This document shows positions 28,145 through 32,144 of a DNA stretch of 32,144 bases, piece by piece. Origin of the DNA: a virus. Its lineage: Duplodnaviria > Caudoviricetes. The position numbers were made by a program, and so were the translations under genes. The first letter of the stretch is position 1; each line of letters begins with the position of its first letter. The notes under the pieces are model-generated. The model ran no database searches and was not told where the DNA came from. It worked only from the letters and a program-made list of their open reading frames with translations. The DNA is taken from positions 1-32,144 of the IMG/VR virus record IMGVR_UViG_3300044268_001983. One strand, written 5' to 3'.

Positions 28145-28506
28145 TATGATATCTCCACGGTTACTTGACCAGCTCTACTGACAAGCTGTCTTTTTCTATT
28201 TTGTTCTGCACCATCATCAGGCTGCATTCCATTTGATTCAAATCCAAATACACCCGGTAATGTAAGATCTATTGTAGTAAATCTTTTACCACCAGAATTA
28301 AAAGTAAAATCTTGAGGTCTTGGATTTTGTAAAGCAATTCTATCTGCTACAACTCTCTTTCTTCTAATCTGAGGATGTTTTGGCTCAAACTCAGAAGTAT
28401 GAACTAATGAACCGTTCCATTCTCTAACCATTTCATCATATGGAAACTCCATACCTGATCTATCAGATATTGCTTTTGAATTTTTACCTGTAGCATAACC
28501 AGCCAT
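28144..28506 (-). CDS. Conserved hypothetical virion-region protein
   Basis: GK.SKAISDRSG..FPY...EWNG...EPKHPQ. TAATG-coupled. Confidence 0.7.
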   Translation of the reverse strand: MAGYATGKNSKAISDRSGMEFPYDEMVREWNGSLVHTSEFEPKHPQIRRKRVVADRIALQNPRPQDFTFNSGGKRFTTIDLTLPGVFGFESNGMQPDDGAEQNRKRQLVSRAGQVTVEIS

Positions 28507-29201
28507 TAGACACCATCTCCAAAATAAGTTTGCGGTGAAATGTACAGTGAAGTTCTTCCACCATCTTGATCCAAAGCTCTTTTCATTTCATCTTCATATA
28601 CCATTTTTAACATCTGTGTTCTTTGAGCATCGTATTGCATAGATAAATAATAAGCTAATCCTGCAACCATGCATGGTAAAAATCTGTAAACAACATCAGC
28701 TTCATTAGTGTATGCTCCCGCATCTTCAATTCTTTTAATTACATAAAATTTTAAAAAAGTGTAAGTTGAAGCGTCTGGTGCTTGATACAAATAAATTTTT
28801 GGAGTTGTTACACGATCAACATAATATTGAGATGGCTGACCTGTAGCGAGTTTATTAGGTAATGCTGCATAAGCAGATCTATCAATTTTGGTTATTGAAA
28901 TGTCTTGAGTTGAAGCACTATCAGATGCGCTTCCAGTTGTAGATATGAAGGCTTCTAAGACATCACTTACATCTGAATTTACAGTATACTCAGCTTGTCC
29001 GGCTACCAACTGCACTTCATCAAGTTCCACTTTCCACATATGGATACCGCGGTTTCCCCATTCAGCAAACAGTAAATTTAAATTTCTTCTTGCTCTTCTC
29101 ATGTCGTTACCAGAGTTTGGTCTGATACCTACTCTATTGTAAGCTTCATCAATAATTTCATCAATACTTAAATCAAAAGATGTAGTGCCTGAAGTTGCCA
29201 T
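28506..29201 (-). CDS. Second adaptor / tail tubular A-like protein
   Basis: MATSGT..F.L...EII.EAY, LNLL..EW.NRG, Y..LPNK...GQPSQYY, RFLPCM.AGLAYY. Confidence 0.7.
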   Translation of the reverse strand: MATSGTTSFDLSIDEIIDEAYNRVGIRPNSGNDMRRARRNLNLLFAEWGNRGIHMWKVELDEVQLVAGQAEYTVNSDVSDVLEAFISTTGSASDSASTQDISITKIDRSAYAALPNKLATGQPSQYYVDRVTTPKIYLYQAPDASTYTFLKFYVIKRIEDAGAYTNEADVVYRFLPCMVAGLAYYLSMQYDAQRTQMLKMVYEDEMKRALDQDGGRTSLYISPQTYFGDGV

Positions 29202-29656
29202 TAAATCATTCCTTTGTAATAATCTTCATAAGATTTGTTTGAAACTGGTTTTCCTGCTAAATCAGATTTTATATGTGAACCAATGTATTTACCTTTTGAT
29301 GCTTTTACACAATTAGGAACCATTTTTTTTCCTTTTTTCTTCATACCAACTTGTTTATATCCATCCCAACATGTGCCTTGTGTAATAGAACCACCAGTTC
29401 TTTTTTTAATAATTGTTTTAACATTAGTTGGTTTGCCTCCAGGATTACCTGCTGCTCTTTTTCTTGCAACAGCAGAACGTATTTGTCCCTTTGACATGGA
29501 TGCAGCTTTTGCTGCAGGTACACATTTTGGATATTTTCTCTTAGCATCTGCCTTTTGCTTTGATCTTCCGCATTTTGCAAAAGATCCATCTTTTTTCTTA
29601 GATCCTATATCTACCCATTTTTGGCTAAACCATTTTTTTAGTCCACTCTTAGCCAT
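29201..29656 (-). CDS. Basic multi-module protein (GLKKWF/CGRS/YPKCVP module + CWxGY...PNCV module + C-terminal tag)
   Basis: Lys-rich. Modules are separated by RTGG and SKGK. Ends in the shared 28-aa tag. Confidence 0.8.
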   Translation of the reverse strand: MAKSGLKKWFSQKWVDIGSKKKDGSFAKCGRSKQKADAKRKYPKCVPAAKAASMSKGQIRSAVARKRAAGNPGGKPTNVKTIIKKRTGGSITQGTCWDGYKQVGMKKKGKKMVPNCVKASKGKYIGSHIKSDLAGKPVSNKSYEDYYKGMI

Positions 29657-29742
29657 TAGATCATGCCTTTATAATAATCCTCATATGATTTATTAGAAAC
29701 TGGCTCACCTGCTAAATTAGATTTTATATGAGAACCAATGTA
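29201..29742 (-). repeat. 87-bp dispersed direct repeat (29201-29287 and 29656-29742) encoding a shared C-terminal tag
   Basis: YIGSHIKSDLAGKPVSNKSYEDYYKGMI* vs YIGSHIKSNLAGEPVSNKSYEDYYKGMI*. By hand: 12 nt differences, 9 codons synonymous and 2 non-synonymous. Confidence 0.95.
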
Positions 29743-30078
29743 ACCACCTTTTTTCTTACCAGCTAGTTTAGCTCCCTCAAATTTATTAATAGCTTTCCCA
29801 ACATTTGCTGTTAAAGTTTTTAATGTTTTAGCTTGACCAGCATGTGTCTTAGATGCTTTTTTCAGACCACCTATTAATTTTTTAATTTTTGTTTTTGCTT
29901 CTCCACCTAATTTTTTACCTGCTGGTTTTGGTCCTTTAAAATCTTTTCTTTTTACACCTGAAGGATCTTTTATTTTTCCTGCACATATTCTTGAGGCATA
30001 TGCGTTCGCATATGCTGAGGGATAAACCTTAAATTTTCTTTTAGCGGCCGCTTTGCCTCTAGGACATAGTTTTGTCAT
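29656..30078 (-). CDS. Basic multi-module protein (YPSAYAN / DUF5872-like module + C-terminal tag)
   Basis: AKRKFKVYPSAYANAY. Linkers KLGG, NVGK and KKGG. Ends in the shared tag. Confidence 0.8.
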   Translation of the reverse strand: MTKLCPRGKAAAKRKFKVYPSAYANAYASRICAGKIKDPSGVKRKDFKGPKPAGKKLGGEAKTKIKKLIGGLKKASKTHAGQAKTLKTLTANVGKAINKFEGAKLAGKKKGGYIGSHIKSNLAGEPVSNKSYEDYYKGMI

Positions 30079-30184
30079 CTTTAAGCTTCTTTCTGTTATA
30101 TAACTTTTTTGATTGTATCACTTGTGGTCGGTATTTTCTAGACCTTACGACTTTTGCGTATGGATTCTTTTCCTTTTTTTGCAA
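30059..30184 (-). CDS. Small basic peptide, ArfA-like (41 aa, TTG start)
   Basis: Manual: MQKKEKNPYAKVVRSRKYRPQVIQSKKLYNRKKLKDDKTMS*. AAGGT SD-like element upstream. Fills the 30079-30137 gap. Confidence 0.6.
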   Translation of the reverse strand: MQKKEKNPYAKVVRSRKYRPQVIQSKKLYNRKKLKDDKTMS

Positions 30185-30422
30185 TTTGCGCTACCTTGTT
30201 TTTTCCCATTACTTTAGCACGTTGTTCCATAACTGTTAATATTTGTATTTTTCTAGCAAAAGGTTTTGAAACATTTTTGACTTTTCTTACAGTATCTCTT
30301 GCATCCTTTTCAGTTGCAAATTTAATACTTACAGTATCTCTAGGATTTTCGTCTGTATAAAGTCTTCTGCCCGATCCTTTTGGTTTTTTTCCTGTTCCTG
30401 TTTTTGGATCTTTTTTTCTCAT
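30138..30422 (-). CDS. Small basic protein (RRLYTDENP.DTVSIKFAT type)
   Basis: Lys/Arg-rich, with a GAGGAG SD upstream. Confidence 0.75.
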   Translation of the reverse strand: MRKKDPKTGTGKKPKGSGRRLYTDENPRDTVSIKFATEKDARDTVRKVKNVSKPFARKIQILTVMEQRAKVMGKNKVAQIAKKGKESIRKSRKV

Positions 30423-30483
30423 CTCTAGCTCCTCTTAGTTGTCCTTCTACTTGTTTGGTCATTTGTGATCTTCCGATTACCAT
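30340..30483 (-). CDS. Small basic peptide (47 aa)
   Basis: Manual: MVIGRSQMTKQVEGQLRGARDEKKRSKNRNRKKTKRIGQKTLYRRKS*. Starts across the endolysin stop and overlaps the next gene by 83 nt. Confidence 0.5.
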   Translation of the reverse strand: MVIGRSQMTKQVEGQLRGARDEKKRSKNRNRKKTKRIGQKTLYRRKS

Positions 30484-30941
30484 GGTGAATAAACCGTCTT
30501 TCCTGTTTTTTCTGATCTCGTTGCTTGTAAACTTTGCTTACGATTGCCCTTGCCCTCGTAAGACACATGGATCCACCCGCTATGAGGTCCTTCTTCTTTT
30601 TTGTAGAACTCGAGAATTAGCTGGTCGAAATCAAGGTTATTTTTAATCCATGTTGCAAGTGCTTCATTATCAACACCAGAAACTTGTAGATCTGCGGCCT
30701 GACCTTTTGCGTGTTGTGAATCAATTGAGCTACCAATTAAAACACATAACTCAGGTGATCTAAAACCTGATGATATGATAACTGGTGCATCGTAATGATT
30801 ACGAATCGGTTGTAAGATAGACTCACAAAGTTTTCTTAAATTTTCGATTTGACCTGGTGTTGGATTATTTGGAATTCCTTTGCGAGCTGCCGTTTGGCTC
30901 GCTGTCATTTCTGCCAAAGAAAAGTTTGTAGTGAGTTTCAT
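30477..30941 (-). CDS. Peptidase M15A-family endolysin
   Basis: NFSLAEM..S.TA, ISSGFRS, SQHAKGQAAD (H-x6-D), WIHVSY (third Zn ligand). Confidence 0.9.
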   Translation of the reverse strand: MKLTTNFSLAEMTASQTAARKGIPNNPTPGQIENLRKLCESILQPIRNHYDAPVIISSGFRSPELCVLIGSSIDSQHAKGQAADLQVSGVDNEALATWIKNNLDFDQLILEFYKKEEGPHSGWIHVSYEGKGNRKQSLQATRSEKTGKTVYSPW

Positions 30942-30957
30942 AATCTATTCTTAGAAA

Positions 30958-31233
30958 TTAGTTTGCTAATGGATTCTTTCCTGATAATTTTAATTCTTTG
31001 ATATTAAGTTCTAATACCTGTATTGTTTTTTCTAATACAGCGATTTTATTATTTTGTTTTTCTATTTTAACATTTTGAGACGCTACTTCTTTGAGTAATG
31101 GATTTAAATCTAAGCCTGCAAGAGAATTTAATTTTTCTTGCATTTCTCCATAAGTTACGAATCCTGCACCTATTGCGCCCAAAACTCCAACCAAGGCTGC
31201 AATTCCTGCCAATTGATTTTTAATTTTTTCCAT
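30958..31233 (-). CDS. N-terminally membrane-anchored coiled-coil protein (possible lysis accessory)
   Basis: GAGGAG SD. Hydrophobic LAGIAALVGVLGAIGAGF followed by heptads. Adjacent to the endolysin. Confidence 0.75.
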   Translation of the reverse strand: MEKIKNQLAGIAALVGVLGAIGAGFVTYGEMQEKLNSLAGLDLNPLLKEVASQNVKIEKQNNKIAVLEKTIQVLELNIKELKLSGKNPLAN

Positions 31234-31301
31234 TTCTCCTCGTATTCTATATTATAATCGTACTCTTGAAAAGATCCTTCATTTATTGACAACTCAGGCA
31301 T
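31170..31301 (-). CDS. Possible small hypothetical protein (43 aa)
   Basis: Manual: MPELSINEGSFQEYDYNIEYEEKWKKLKINWQELQPWLEFWAQ*. Overlaps both neighbours, so support is weak. Confidence 0.3.
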   Translation of the reverse strand: MPELSINEGSFQEYDYNIEYEEKWKKLKINWQELQPWLEFWAQ

Positions 31302-31423
31302 TCATCTATACTTGATTCTAATTTAGCTAAAGCTTCTTGTCTACAATCATCACTGCAAAATGGTTTTACTTGATCTTGTTCCTTTTCAAAATCTTTTCCA
31401 CACTCTTGGCATTTACCAATCAT
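31283..31423 (-). CDS. Small zinc-finger protein (CxxC...FCSxxC) with C-terminal CxxC (46 aa)
   Basis: Manual: MIGKCQECGKDFEKEQDQVKPFCSDDCRQEALAKLESSIDECLSCQ*. ATGA-coupled to the upstream gene. Confidence 0.8.
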   Translation of the reverse strand: MIGKCQECGKDFEKEQDQVKPFCSDDCRQEALAKLESSIDECLSCQ

Positions 31424-32144
31424 TTTTTTAATATCTCTATTTCTTCCAATAATTTTTCTTTTTGAACTTTAATGTTAAACAGTTCTTGCTCTTTTGTAAA
31501 GATAGGGTCGTTTTGTGTATAAGAAATGAGGGTAGAATTAGCATATAATATTCTATTATCTCTAATATCAGCTTGATCTTTGTAAATATCTTTTGGTTTA
31601 TAAAATTGTATATTCGCATATAGTTGTAAAACGTCGTTATTACTCATTATTTTAAGTTTAACAAGGTTCTTGAGTTGTAGGTTTTTACCAATATCCTTGA
31701 CTTGTGCATCTATCTTCTCCATACTCTTAACTAATGAAACAGATCTTTTCTCACCTGAAACGTTGCCTTTGTTGTAAGTTACAGCTTCTGTTGTTTGTTC
31801 TTTTTCTGTCTGCGTTTCTGTCTTTGTACTTGCTTCCTCGTTCGATTTCTGTTCAGCCCGTAATGATGATGGTTCCTCCTCCACGTTTTGTGGTTCCCGA
31901 GGACCTTCCTCAACAAAACGAGGAGCTTGTTCCTGAGGTGATCCCTTCTCCTTTTCCTTTATAAATGAGCTGGTTTCTTGAAATACTTCTGTACTTGCTT
32001 CTTCTTTTAATTGTGGCGATTCATATGTTTCAAATTTTTCTGGCGCTTTAAATGTTGGTTCTTCATAGGTAAACTTTGGTTCTTCCATCTTAAACTTTTC
32101 TTCAACTTTAAAATCCTCCTTTAAATCTAAAGTTCGTATGTCCT
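31420..32144 (-). CDS. Glu/Lys-rich hypothetical protein (5' end outside the window)
   Basis: The frame stays open upstream of 32088 to the window edge (DIRTLDLKEDFKVEEKFK-MEEPKF...). Low-complexity acidic linker and a C-terminal coiled coil. Confidence 0.7.
   Translation of the reverse strand, partial: DIRTLDLKEDFKVEEKFKMEEPKFTYEEPTFKAPEKFETYESPQLKEEASTEVFQETSSFIKEKEKGSPQEQAPRFVEEGPREPQNVEEEPSSLRAEQKSNEEASTKTETQTEKEQTTEAVTYNKGNVSGEKRSVSLVKSMEKIDAQVKDIGKNLQLKNLVKLKIMSNNDVLQLYANIQFYKPKDIYKDQADIRDNRILYANSTLISYTQNDPIFTKEQELFNIKVQKEKLLEEIEILKK

Noticed and set aside
29201-29742. 87-bp repeat pair as a diversity-generating retroelement TR/VR
   Set aside because: Several mismatches are C/T on the coding strand, so they are not adenine-specific. 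Most are synonymous, both copies are coding, and there is no reverse transcriptase in the window.
898-31964. Short + strand ORFs and nested alternate-frame ORFs in the track (e.g. 898-1218, 2159-2413, 15937-16320, 19163-19427, 29235-29696, 29341-29589)
   Set aside because: They are antisense or out-of-frame shadows of well-supported genes, with no RBS or recognisable motif.
1-32144. Stop-codon reassignment, introns/inteins or programmed frameshifts
   Set aside because: Standard-code ORFs tile the window almost without gaps once small ORFs are added, and conserved motifs are uninterrupted.

Overview
A 32 kb internal segment of an AT-rich dsDNA tailed phage genome with podovirus-like architecture. 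Almost all genes are on the - strand and tightly coupled (many TAATG/ATGA junctions). From left to right: (i) a replication module with an FkbM-type methyltransferase, DUF3310, an SF1 helicase, an AEP primase, an SSB-like protein, a divergently oriented SNF2 helicase and a PD-(D/E)XK nuclease; (ii) internal virion/ejection proteins around a GNAT-fold gene; (iii) two glycosyltransferases; (iv) tail nozzle, fibre and adaptor genes, interrupted by a cassette of four 2OG-Fe(II) oxygenases; (v) small, very basic proteins, an M15A peptidase endolysin and membrane/coiled-coil genes. Gene content and order recall marine HTVC023P/vSAG 37-F6-type pelagiphages (inference from memory, not a search). No tRNA, rRNA, CRISPR array, integrase or reverse transcriptase was seen. 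The most interesting signal is a candidate virion-cargo addressing and processing system. Two otherwise dissimilar basic proteins end in the same 28-aa tag, conserved mostly through synonymous changes. Their mini-domains are separated by x-x-G-[G/K]-x-[I/A/V] linkers that also occur in the internal virion proteins. Several small ORFs missed by the ORF track are also notable, including an ArfA-like peptide and a YacG-like zinc finger ending in an RNR-like CxxC tail.
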